Source: Eledone cirrhosa
Taxonomy: Eukaryota
Reading direction: 5' to 3'
Assembly: GCA_964016885.1 (NCBI GenBank)
Contig: OZ024740.1
Coordinates: 137,702,001-137,766,000, forward strand
DNA: 64,000 bases
The notes under the pieces were generated by a model, which was not told the DNA's origin, did no database searches, and saw nothing but the letters and a program-made list of their open reading frames with translations. Shown here in pieces: positions 15,341 to 28,249 of this stretch. The translations under genes were made by a program, and so were the position numbers. Positions within the stretch are counted from its first letter, which is position 1. Every line of letters begins with the position of its first letter.

Positions 15341-18300
15341 CCTTATCTCTCACTCTCCAATTCTCTCTTTCTCTTATCACTTTTCCCCCAATCTCCAATT
15401 CTCTCTTTCTCTCATCACTTTTCTCTCAATCTCCAATTCTCTCTTTCTCTTATCACTTTTCCCCCAATCTCCAATTCTCTCTTTCTCTTATCACTTTTCT
15501 CTCAATCTCCAATTCTCTCTTTCTCTTATCACTTTTCTCTCACTCTCCAATTCTCTCTTTCTCTTATCACTTTTCCCCCAATCTCCAATTCTCTCTTTCT
15601 CTTATCAATTTTCTCTCAATCTCCAATTCTCACTTTCTCTTATCACTTTCCCCCAATCTCCAATTCTCTCTTTATCTTATCACTTTTCTCTCAATCTCCA
15701 ATTCTGTCTTCTCTTCTCACATTTCCCCCAATCTCCAATTCTTTCTTTCTCTCATCACTTTTCTCTCAATCTTCAATTCTCTCTTTCTCTCCTCACTTTT
15801 CTTTCAATCTCCAATTCTCTCTTAATCTTCTCACTTTTCTCTCAATCTCCAATCCTCTCTTTCTATTCTCAGTTTACTCCCAATCTACAATTCTCTCTTT
15901 CCCTCATCACTTTTCTCTCAATCTCCAATTCTCTCTTTCTCTTATCACTTTTCCCCCAATCTCCAATTCTCTCTTTCTATTATCACTTTTCTCTCAATCT
16001 CCAATTCTCTCTTTCTCTTATCACCTTTCCCCCAATCTCCAATTCTCTCTTTCTCTTATCACTTTTCTCTCAATCTCCAATTCTCTCTTTCTCTTATGAC
16101 TTTTCCCCCAATCTCCAATTCTCTCTTTCTGTTATCAATTTTCTCTCAATCTCCAATTCTTTCTTTCTCTTATCACTTTTCTCTCAATCTCCAATTCTCT
16201 CTTTCTCTTATCACTTTTCCCCCATCTCCAATTCTCCCTTTCTTTTATCACTTTTCTCTCAATCTCCAACTCTCTCTTTCTCTTATCACTTTTCTCTTAA
16301 ACACCAATTCTCTCTTTCTCTTATCACTTTTCTCTCAATCTCCAATTCTCTCTTTCTCTTATCACTTTTCTCTCAATCTCCAATTCTCTCTTTCTCTTCT
16401 CACTTTTCCCCCAATCTCCAATTCTCTCTTTCTCTTATCACTTTTCCCCCAATCTCCAATTCTCTCTTTCTCTTATCACTTTAACTCACTCTCCAATTCT
16501 CTCTTTCTCTTATGACTTTTCCCCCAATCTCCAATTCTCTCTTTCTCTTATCAATTTTCTCTCAATCTCCGATTCTTTCCTTCTCTAATCACTTTTCCCC
16601 CAATCTCCAATTCTCTCTTTCTCTTATCACCTTTCCCCCAATCTCCAATTCTCTCTTTCTCTTATCACTTTTCTCTCAATCTCCAATTCTCTCTTTCTCT
16701 TATGACTTTTCCCCCAATCTCCAATTCTCTCTTTCTGTTATCAATGTTCTCTCAATCTCCAATTCTTTCTTTCTCTTATCACTTTTCTCTCAATCTCCAA
16801 TTCTCTCTTTCTCTTATCACTTTTCCCCCATCTCCAATTCTCTCTTTCTCTGATCACTTTTCTCTCAATCTCCAATTCTCTCTTTCTCTTATCACTTTTC
16901 TCTCAATCTCCAATTCTCTCTTTCTCTTATGACTTTTCCCCCCAATCTCCAATTCTCTCTTTCTCTTATCACTTTTCTCTCACTCTCCAATTCTCTCTTT
17001 CTCTTATGACTTTTCCCCCAATCTCCAATTCTCTCTTTCTCTTATCACTTTTCTCTCAATCTCCAATTCTCTCTTTCTCTTATGACTTTTCCCCCAATCT
17101 CCAATTATCTCTTTCTCTTATCACTTTAACTCACTCTCCGATTCTCTCTTTCTCTTATCACTTTTCCCCCAATCTCCAATTCTCTCTTTCTCTTATCAAT
17201 TTTCTCTCAATCTCCAATTCGTTCATTCTCTAATCCCTTTTCCCCCCAATCTCCAATTCTCTCTTTCTCTTATCACTTTTCTCTCACTCTCCAATTCTCT
17301 CCTTCTCTTATGACTTTTCCCCCAATCTCCAATTCTCTCTTTCTCTTATCACTTTTCTCTCAATCTCCAATTCTCTCTTTCTCTTATGACTTTTCCCCCA
17401 ATCTCCAATTATCTCTTTCTCTTATCACTTTAACTCACTCTCCAATTCTCTCTTTCTCTTATCACTTTTCCCCCAATCTCCAATTCTCTCTTTCCGTTAT
17501 CAATTTTCTCTCAATCTCCAATTCTTTCTTTCTCTAATCACTTTTCCCCCAATCTCCAATTCTCTCTTTCTCTTATCACTTTTCTCTCAATCTCCAATTC
17601 TCTCTTTCTCTTATCACTTTTCCCCCAATCTCCAATTCTCTCTTTCTCTTATCACTTTTCTCTCAATCTCCAATTCTGTCTTTCTATTCTCACATTTCCC
17701 CCAATCTCCAATTCTCTCTTTCTCTCATCACTTTTCTCTCAATCTCCAATTCTCTCTTTCTCTCCTCAATTTTCTCTGAATCTCCAATCCTCTCTTTCTG
17801 TTCTCAGTTTACTCCCAATCTACAATTCTCTCTTTCCCTCATCACTTTTCTCTCAATCTCCAATTCTCTCTTTCTCTTATCACTTTTCCCCCAATCTCCA
17901 ATTCTCTCTTTCTCTTATCACCTTTCCCCCAATCTCCAATTCTCTCTTTCTCTTATCACATTTCTCTCAATCTCCAATTCCCTCTTTCTCTTATCACTTT
18001 TCTCTCAATCTCTAATTCTCTCTTTCTCTTATCTCTTTTCTCTCAATCTCCAATTCTCTCTTTCACTTATCACTTTTCCCCCCAATCTCCAATTCTCTCT
18101 TTCTCTTATCACTTTTCTCTCACTCTCCAATTCTCTCTTTCTCTTATCCCTTTTCTCTCAATCTCCAATTCTCTCTTTCTTTTCTCACTTTTCCCCCAAT
18201 CTCCAATTCTGTATTTCTCTACACACAAATCCCCAAATCTCCAACTCTCTCTTTCACTTATCAATTTTCTCTCAATCTCCAATTCTCTCTTTCTCTTATC

Positions 18301-20200
18301 ACTTTTCTCTCAATCTCCAATTCTCTCAATCTCTTATCACTTTTCTCTCAATCTCCAATCCTCTCTTTCTGTTCTCAGTTTACTCCCAATCTCCAATTCT
18401 CTCTTTCTCTTATCACTTTTCTCTCGATCTCCAATTCTCTCTTTCTCTTATCACTTTTCCCCCAATCTCCAATTCTCTCTTTCTATTATCACTTTTCTCT
18501 CAATCTCCAATTCTCTCTTTCTCTTATCACCTTTCCCCCAATCTCCAATTCTCTCTTTCTCTTATCACTTTTCTCTCAATCTCCAATTCTCTCTTTCTCT
18601 TATGACTTTTCCCCCAATCTCCAATTCTCGCTTTCTGTTATCAATTTTCTCTCAATCTCCAATTCTCTCTTTCTCTTATCACTTTTCTCTCAATCTCCAA
18701 TTCTCTCTTTCTCTTCTCACATTTCCCCCAATCTCCAATTCTCTCTTTCTCTCATCACTTTTATCTCAATCTCCAATTCTCTCTTTCTCTCCTCACTTTT
18801 CTCTGAATCTCCAATTCTCTCTTTATCTTCTCACTTTTCTCTTAATCTCCAATCCTCTCTTTCTGTTCTCAGTTTACTCCCAATCTCCAATTCTCTCTTT
18901 CTATCATCAATTTTCTCTCAATCTCCAATTCTCTCTTTCTTTTATCACTTTTCCCCCAATCTCCAATTCTCTCTTTCTCTTATCACTTTTCTCTCAATCT
19001 CCAATTCTCTCTTTCTCTTATACCTTATCTCTCACTCTCCAATTCTCTCTTTCTCTTATCACTTTTCCCCCAATCTCCAATTCTCTCTTTCTCTCATCAC
19101 TTTTCTCTCAATCTCCAATTCTCTCTTTCTCTTATCACTTTTCCCCCCAATCTCCAATTCTCTCTTTCTCTTATCACTTTTCTCTCAATCTCCAATTCTC
19201 TCTTTCTCTTATCACTTTTCTCTTACTCTCCAATTCTCTCTTTCTCTTATCACTTTTCCCCCAATCTCCAATTCTCTCTTTCTCTTATCAATTTTCTCTC
19301 AATCTCCAATTCTCTCTTTCTCTTATCACTTTCCCCCAATCTCCAATTCTCTCTTTATCTTATCACTTTTCTCTCAATCTCCAATTCTGTCTTCTCTTCT
19401 CACATTTCCCCCAATCTCCAATTTTTTCTTTCTCTCATCACTTTTCTCTCAATCTTCAATTCTCTCTTTCTCTCCTCACTTTTCTTTCAATCTCCAATTC
19501 TCTCTTAATCTTCTCACTTTTCTCTCAATCTCCAATCCTCTCTTTCTATTCTCAGTTTACTCCCAATCTACAATTCTCTCTTTCCCTCATCACTTTTCTC
19601 TCAATCTCCAATTCTCTCTTTCTCTTATCACTTTTCCCCCAATCTCCAATTCTCTCTTTCTATTATCACTTTTCTCTCAATCTCCAATTCTCTCTTTCTC
19701 TTATCACCTTTCCCCCAATCTCCAATTCTCTCTTTCTCTTATCACTTTTCTCTCAATCTCCAATTCTCTCTTTCTCTTATGACTTTTCCCCCAATCTCCA
19801 ATTCTCTCTTTCTGTTATCAATTTTCTCTCAATCTCCAATTCTTTCTTTCTCTTATCACTTTTCTCTCAATCTCCAATTCTCTCTTTCTCTTATCACTTT
19901 TCCCCCATCTCCAATTCTCCCTTTCTTTTATCACTTTTCTCTCAATCTCCAATTCTCTCTTTCTCTTATCACTTTTCTCTCAAACACCAATTCTCTCTTT
20001 CTCTTATCACTTTTCTCTCAATCTCCAATTCTCTCTTTCTCTTATCACTTTTCTCTCAATCTCCAATTCTCTCTTTCTCTTCTCACTTTTCCCCCAATCT
20101 CCAATTCTCTCTTTCTCTTATCACTTTTCCCCCAATCTCCAATTCTCTCTTTCTCTTATCACTTTAACTCACTCTCCAATTCTCTCTTTCTCTCATGACT
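15340..20200. repeat. Re-duplication of about 6680-11800 (offset 8658, then 8391 after a 267-bp deletion)
   Basis: ORF pairs 7438/16096, 7854/16512 and 8652/17310 are at offset 8658. Pairs 10211/18602 and 11388/19779 are at offset 8391. Confidence 0.85.
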
Positions 20201-23200
20201 TTTCCCCCAATCTCCAATTCTCTCTTTCTCTTATCAATTTTCTCTCAATCTCCGATACTTTCCTTCTCTAATCACTTTTCCCCCAATCTCCAATTCTCTC
20301 TTTCTCTTATCACCTTTCCCCCAATCTCCAATTCTCTCTTTCTCTTATCACTTTTCTCTCAATCTCCAATTCTCTCTTTCTCTTATGACTTTTCCCCCAA
20401 TCTCCAATTCTCTCTTTCTGTTATCAATGTTCTCTCAATCTCCAATTCTTTCTTTCTCTTATCACTTTTCTCTCAATCTCCAATTCTCTCTTTCTCTTAT
20501 CACTTTTCCCCCATCTCCAATTCTCTCTTTCTCTGATCACTTTTCTCTCAATCTCCAATTCTCTCTTTCTCTTATCACTTTTCTCTCAATCTCCAATTCT
20601 CTCTTTCTCTTATCACTTTTCCCCCCAATCTCCAATTCTCTCTTTCTCTTATCACTTTTCTCTCACTCTCCAATTCTCTCTTTCTCTTATGACTTTTCCC
20701 CCAATCTCCAATTCTCTCTTTCTCTTATCACTTTTCTCTCAATCTCCAATTCTCTCTTTCTCTTATGACTTTTCCCCCAATCTCCAATTATCTCTTTCTC
20801 TTATCACTTTAACTCACTCTCCGATTCTCTCTTTCTCTTATCACTTTTCCCCCAATCTCCAATTCTCTCTTTCTCTTATCAATTTTCTCTCAATCTCCAA
20901 TTCTTTCATTCTCTAATCCCTTTTCCCCCCAATCTCCAATTCTCTCTTTCTCTTATCACTTTTCTCTCACTCTCCAATTCTCTCCTTCTCTTATGACTTT
21001 TCCCCCAATCTCCAATTCTCTCTTTCTCTTATCACTTTTCTCTCAATCTCCAATTCTCTCTTTCTCTTATGACTTTTCCCCCAATCTCCAATTATCTCTT
21101 TCTCTTATCACTTTAACTCACTCTCCAATTCTCTCTTTCTCTTATCACTTTTCCCCCAATCTCCAATTCTCTCTTTCTCTAATCAATTTTCTCTCAATCT
21201 CCAATTCTTTCTTTCTCTAATCCCTTTTCCCCCAATCTCCAATTCTCTCTTTCTCTTATCACTTTTCTCTCAATCTCCAATTCTCTCTTTCTCTTATCAC
21301 TTTTCCCCCAATCTCCAATTCTCTCTTTCTCTTATCACCTTTCCCCCAATCTCCAATTCTCTCTTTCTCTTATCACTTTTCTCTCAATCTCCAATTCCCT
21401 CTTTCTCTTATGACTTTTCCCCCAATCTCCAATTCTCTCTTTCCGTTATCAATTTTCTCTCAATCTCCAATTCTTTCTTTCTCTAATCACTTTTCCCCCA
21501 ATCTCCAATTCTCTCTTTCTCTTATCACTTTTCTCTCAATCTCCAATTCTCTCTTTCTCTTATCACCTTTCCCCCAATCTCCAATTCTCTCTTTCTCTTA
21601 TCACTTTTCTCTCAATCTCCAATTCTCTCTTTCTCTTATGACTTTTCCCCCAATCTCCAATTCTCTCTTTCTGTTATCAATTTTCTCTCAATCTCCAATT
21701 CTTTCTTTCTCTTATCACTTTTCTCTCAATCTCCAATTCTCTCTTTCTCTTATCACTTTTCCCCCATCTCCAATTCTCCCTTTCTTTTATCACTTTTCTC
21801 TCAATCTCCAATTCTCTCTTTCTCTTATCACTTTTCTCTCAAACACCAATTCTCTCTTTCTCTTATCACTTTTCTCTCAATCTCCAATTCTCTCTTTCTC
21901 TTATCACTTTTCTCTCAATCTCCAATTCTCTCTTTCTCTTCTCACTTTTCCCCCAATCTCCAATTCTCTCTTTCTCTTATCACTTTTCCCCCAATCTCCA
22001 ATTCTCTCTTTCTCTTATCACTTTAACTCACTCTCCAATTCTCTCTTTCTCTTATGACTTTTCCCCCAATCTCCAATTCTCTCTTTCTCTTATCAATTTT
22101 CTCTCAATCTCCGATACTTTCCTTCTCTAATCACTTTTCCCCCAATCTCCAATTCTCTCTTTCTCTTATCACCTTTCCCCCAATCTCCAATTCTCTCTTT
22201 CTCTTATCACTTTTCTCTCAATCTCCAATTCTCTCTTTCTCTTATGACTTTTCCCCCAATCTCCAATTCTCTCTTTCTGTTATCAATGTTCTCTCAATCT
22301 CCAATTCTTTCTTTCTCTTATCACTTTTCTCTCAATCTCCAATTCTCTCTTTCTCTTATCACTTTTCCCCCATCTCCAATTCTCTCTTTCTCTGATCACT
22401 TTTCTCTCAATCTCCAATTCTCTCTTTCTCTTATCACTTTTCTCTCAATCTCCAATTCTCTCTTTCTCTTATCACTTTTCCCCCCAATCTCCAATTCTCT
22501 CTTTCTCTTATCACTTTTCTCTCACTCTCCAATTCTCTCTTTCTCTTATGACTTTTCCCCCAATCTCCAATTCTCTCTTTCTCTTATCACTTTTCTCTCA
22601 ATCTCCAATTCTCTCTTTCTCTTATGACTTTTCCCCCAATCTCCAATTATCTCTTTCTCTTATCACTTTAACTCACTCTCCGATTCTCTCTTTCTCTTAT
22701 CACTTTTCCCCCAATCTCCAATTCTCTCTTTCTCTTATCAATTTTCTCTCAATCTCCAATTCTTTCATTCTCTAATCCCTTTTCCCCCCAATCTCCAATT
22801 CTCTCTTTCTCTTATCACTTTTCTCTCACTCTCCAATTCTTTCCTTCTCTTATGACTTTTCCCCCAATCTCCAATTCTCTCTTTCTCTTATCACTTTTCT
22901 CTCAATCTCCAATTCTCTCTTTCTCTTATGACTTTTCCCCCAATCTCCAATTATCTCTTTCTCTTATCACTTTAACTCACTCTCCAATTCTCTCTTTCTC
23001 TTATCACTTTTCCCCCAATCTCCAATTCTCTCTTTCTCTTATCAATTTTCTCTCAATCTCCAATTCTTTCTTTCTCTAATCCCTTTTCCCCCAATCTCCA
23101 ATTCTCTCTTTCTCTTATCACTTTTCTCTCAATCTCCAATTCTCTCTTTCTCTTATCACTTTTCCCCCAATCTCCAATTCTCTCTTTCTCTTATCACCTT

Positions 23201-23400
23201 TCCCCCAATCTCCAATTCTCTCTTTCTCTTATCACTTTTCTCTCAATCTCCAATTCCCTCTTTCTCTTATGACTTTTCCCCCAATCTCCAATTCTCTCTT
23301 TCCGTTATCAATTTTCTCTCAATCTCCAATTCTTTCTTTCTCTAATCACTTTTCCCCCAATCTCCAATTCTCTCTTTCTCTTATCACTTTTCTCTCAATC
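19700..23400. repeat. Tandem duplication, 1859-bp unit (49 monomers)
   Basis: ORF pairs 20195/22054, 20385/22244, 20689/22548, 20993/22852, 21410/23269. Private variant CCGATACTTT at 20252 and 22111. Confidence 0.9.
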
Positions 23401-26400
23401 TCCAATTCTCTCTTTCTCTTATCACTTTTCCCCCAATCTCCAATTCTCTCTTTCTCTTATCACTTTTCTCTCAATCTCCAATTCTGTCTTTCTATTCTCA
23501 CATTTCCCCCAATCTCCAATTCTCTCTTTCTCTCATCACTTTTCTCTCAATCTCCAATTCTCTCTTTCTCTCCTCAATTTTCTCTGAATCTCCAATCCTC
23601 TCTTTCTGTTCTCAGTTTACTCCCAATCTACAATTCTCTCTTTCCCTCATCACTTTTCTCTCAATCTCCAATTCTCTCTTTCTCTTATCACTTTTCCCCC
23701 AATCTCCAATTCTCTCTTTCTATTATCACTTTTCTCTCACTCTCCAATTCTCTCTTTCTCTTATGACTTTTCCCCCAATCTCCAATTCTCTCTTTCTCTT
23801 ATCACTTTTCTCTCAATCTCCAATTCTTTCATTCTCTTATCACTTTTCTCTCAATCTCCAATTCTCTCTTTCTCTTATCACTTTTCCCCCATCTCCAATT
23901 CTCTCTTTCTCTTATCACTTTAACTCACTCTCCAATTCTCTCTTTCTCTTATCACTTTTCCCCCAATCTCCAATTCTCTCTTTCTCTTATCAATTTTCTC
24001 TCAATCTCCAATTCTTTCCTTCTCTAATCACTTTTCCCCCAATCTCCAATTCTCTCTTTCTCTTATCACTTTTCTCTCCATCTCCAATTCTCCTTTTCAC
24101 TTATCACTTTTTCTCAATCTTCAATTCTCTCTTTCTCTTATCACTTTTCTCTCAATCTCCAATTCTCTCTTTCTCTTATCACTTTTCCCCCAATCTCCAA
24201 TTCTCTCTTTCTCTTATCACCTTTCCCCCAATCTCCAATTCTCTCTTTCTCTTATCACTTTTCTCTCAATCTCCAATTCTCTCTTTCTATTATGACTTTT
24301 CCCCCAATCTCCAATTCTCTCTTTCTCTTATCAATTTTCTCTTAATCTCCAATTCTTTCTTTCTCTTATCACTTTTCTCTCAATCTCCAATTCTCTCTTT
24401 CTCTTATCACTTTTCCCCCATCTCCAATTCTCTCTTTCTCTTATCACTTTTCTCTCAATCTCCAATTCTCTCTTTCTCTTATCACTTTTCTCTCAATCTC
24501 TAATTCTCTCTTTCTCTTATCACTTTTCTCTCAATCTCCAATTCTCTCTTTCTCTTATCACTTTTCCCCCCAATCTCCAATTCTCTCTTTCTCTTATCAC
24601 CTTTCTCTCACTCTCCAATTCTCTCTTTCTCTTATGACTTTTCCCCCAATCTCCAATTCTCTCTTTCTCTTATCACTTTTCTCTCAATCTCCAATTCTGT
24701 CTTTCTCTTATGACATTTCCCCCAATCTCCAATTATCTCTTTCTCTTATCACTTTAACTCACTCTACAATTCTCTCTTTCTCTTATCACTTTTCCCCCAA
24801 TCTCCAATTCTCTCTTTCTCTTATCACTTTTCTCTCAATCTCCAATTCTCTCTTTCTCTTATGACTTTTCCCCCAATCTCCAATTATCTCTTTCTCTTAT
24901 CACTTTAACTCACTCTCCAATTCTCTCCTTCTCTTATGACTTTTCCCCCAATCTCCAATTCTCTCTTTCTCTTATCACTTTTCTCTCAATCTCCAATTCT
25001 CTCTTTCTCTTATGACTTTTCCCCCAATCTCCAATTATCTCTTTCTCTTATCACTTTAACTCACTCTCCAATTCTCTCTTTCTCTTATCACTTTTCCCCC
25101 AATCTCCAATTCTCTCTTTCTCTTATCAATTTTCTCTCAATCTCCAATTCTTTCTTTCTCTAATCCCTTTTCCCCCAATCTCCAATTCTCTCTTTCTCTT
25201 ATCACTTTTCTCTCAATCTCCAATTCTCTCTTTCTCTTATCACTTTTCCCCCAATCTCCAATTCTCTCTTTCTCTTATCACCTTTCCCCCAATCTCCAAT
25301 TCTCTCTTTCTCTTATCACTTTTCTCTCAATCTCCAATTCCCTCTTTCTCTTATGACTTTTCCCCCAATCTCCAATTCTCTCTTTCCGTTATCAATTTTC
25401 TCTCAATCTCCAATTCTTTCTTTCTCTAATCACTTTTCCCCCAATCTCCAATTCTCTCTTTCTCTTATCACTTTTCTCTCAATCTCCAATTCTCTCTTTC
25501 TCTTATCACTTTTCCCCCAATCTCCAATTCTCTCTTTCTCTTATCACTTTTCTCTCAATCTCCAATTCTGTCTTTCTATTCTCACATTTCCCCCAATCTC
25601 CAATTCTCTCTTTCTCTCATCACTTTTCTCTCAATCTCCAATTCTCTCTTTCTCTCCTCAATTTTCTCTGAATCTCCAATCCTCTCTTTCTGTTCTCAGT
25701 TTACTCCCAATCTACAATTCTCTCTTTCCCTCATCACTTTTCTCTCAATCTCCAATTCTCTCTTTCTCTTATCACTTTTCCCCCAATCTCCAATTCTCTC
25801 TTTCTATTATCACTTTTCTCTCACTCTCCAATTCTCTCTTTCTCTTATGACTTTTCCCCCAATCTCCAATTCTCTCTTTCTCTTATCACTTTTCTCTCAA
25901 TCTCCAATTCTTTCTTTCTCTTATCACTTTTCTCTCAATCTCCAATTCTCTCTTTCTCTTATCACTTTTCCCCCATCTCCAATTCTCTCTTTCTCTTATC
26001 ACTTTAACTCACTCTCCAATTCTCTCTTTCTCTTATCACTTTTCCCCCAATCTCCAATTCTCTCTTTCTCTTATCAATTTTCTCTCAATCTCCAATTCTT
26101 TCCTTCTCTAATCACTTTTCCCCCAATCTCCAATTCTCTCTTTCTCTTATCACTTTTCTCTCAATCTCCAATTCTCCTTTTCACTTATCACTTTTTCTCA
26201 ATCTTCAATTCTCTCTTTCTCTTATCACTTTTCTCTCAATCTCCAATTCTCTCTTTCTCTTATCACTTTTCCCCCAATCTCCAATTCTCTCTTTCTCTTA
26301 TCACCTTTCCCCCAATCTCCAATTCTCTCTTTCTCTTATCACTTTTCTCTCAATCTCCAATTCTCTCTTTCTATTATGACTTTTCCCCCAATCTCCAATT

Positions 26401-26900
26401 CTCTCTTTCTGTTATCAATTTTCTCTTAATCTCCAATTCTCTCTTTCTCTTATCACTTTTCTCTCAATCTCCAATTCTCTCTTTCTCTTATCACTTTTCT
26501 CTCAATCTCTAATTCTCTCTTTCTCTCATCACTTTTCTCTCAATCTCCAATTCTCTCTTTCTCTTATCACTTTTCCCCCCAATCTCCAATTCTCTCTTTC
26601 TCTTATCACTTTTCTCTCACTCTCCAATTCTCTCTTTCTCTTATGACTTTTCCCCCAATCTCCAATTCTCTCTTTCTATTATCACTTTTCTCTCAATCTC
26701 CAATTCTCTCTTTCTCTTATGACATTTCCCCCAATCTCCAATTATCTCTTTCTCTTATCACTTTAACTCACTCTACAATTCTCTCTTTCTCTTATCACTT
26801 TTCCCCCAATCTCCAATTCTCTCTTTCTCTTATCAATTTTCTCTCGATCTCCAATTCTTTCTTTCTCTAATCCCTTTTCCCCCAATCTCCAATTCTCTCT
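22830..26900. repeat. Tandem duplication, 2084-bp unit (about 55 monomers); second copy lacks 75 bp (2 monomers) near 26.4 kb
   Basis: ORF pairs 22852/24936, 23269/25353 and 23763/25847 are at offset 2084; 24634/26643 is at offset 2009. Confidence 0.85.
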
Positions 26901-28249
26901 TTCTCTTATCACTTTTCTCTCAATCTCCAATTCTCCTTTTCACTTATCACTTTTTTCTCAATCTCCAATTCTCTCTTTCTCTTATCACTTTTCTCTCAAT
27001 CTCCAATTCTCTCTTTCTCTTATCACTTTTCCCCCAATCTCCAATTCTCTCTTTCTCTTATCACCTTTCCCCCAATCTCCAATTCTCTCTTTCTCTTATC
27101 ACTTTTCTCTCAATCTCCAATTCTCTCTTTCTCTTATGACTTTTCCCCCAATCTCCAATTCTCTCTTTCTGTTATCAATTTTCTCTCAATCTCCAATTCT
27201 TTCTTTCTCTTAACACTTTTCTCTCAATCTCCAATTCTCTCTTTCTCTTATCACTTTTCCCCCATCTCCAATTCTGTCTTTCTCTTATCACTTTTCTCTC
27301 AATCTCCAATTCTCTCTTTCTCTTATCACTTTTCTCTCAATCTCCAATTCCCTCTTTATCTTATCACTTTTCTCTCAATCTCTAATTCTCTCTTTCTCCT
27401 ATCACTTTTCTCTCAATCTCCAATTCTCTCTTTCTCTTATCACTTTTCCCCCCAATCTCCAATTCTCTCTTTCTCTTATCACTTTTCTCTCACTCTCCAA
27501 TTCTCTCTTTCTCTTATGACTTTTCCCCCAATCTCCAATTCTCTCTTTCTATTATCCCTTTTCTCTCAATCTCCAATTCTCTCTTTCTTTTCTCACTTTT
27601 CCCCCAATCTCCAATTCTCTCTTTCTCTTCACACTTTTCCCCCAATCTCCAATTCTCTGTTTCTCTTATCACCTTTCCCCCAATCTCCAATTCTCTCTTT
27701 CTCTTATCCCTTTCCTCTCAATCTCCAATTCTCTCTTTCTTTTCTCACTTTTCCCCCAATCTCCAATTCTGTATTTCTCTACACACAAATCCCCTAATCT
27801 CCAATTCTCTCTTACACTTATCAATTTTCTCTCAATCTCCAATTCTCTCTTTCTCTTATCACTTTTCCCCCATCTCCAATTCTCTCTTTCTCTTATCACT
27901 TTTCTCTCAATCTCCAATTCTCTCTTTCTCTTATCACTTTTCACTCAATCTCCAATTCTCTCTTTCTCTTATCACTTTTCCCCCCAATCTCCAATTCTCT
28001 CTTTCTCTTATCACTTTTCTCTCACTCTCCAATTCTCTCTTTCTCTTATGACTTCTCCCCCAATCTCCAATTCTCTCTTTCTCTTATCACTTTTCTCTCA
28101 ATCTCCAATTCTCTCTTTCTCTTATGACATTTCGCCCAATCTCCAATTATCTCTTTCTCTTATCACTTTAACTCACTCTACAATTCTTTCTTTCTCTTAT
28201 CACTTTTCCCCCCAATCTCCAATTCTCTCTTTCTCTTATCACTTTTCTC

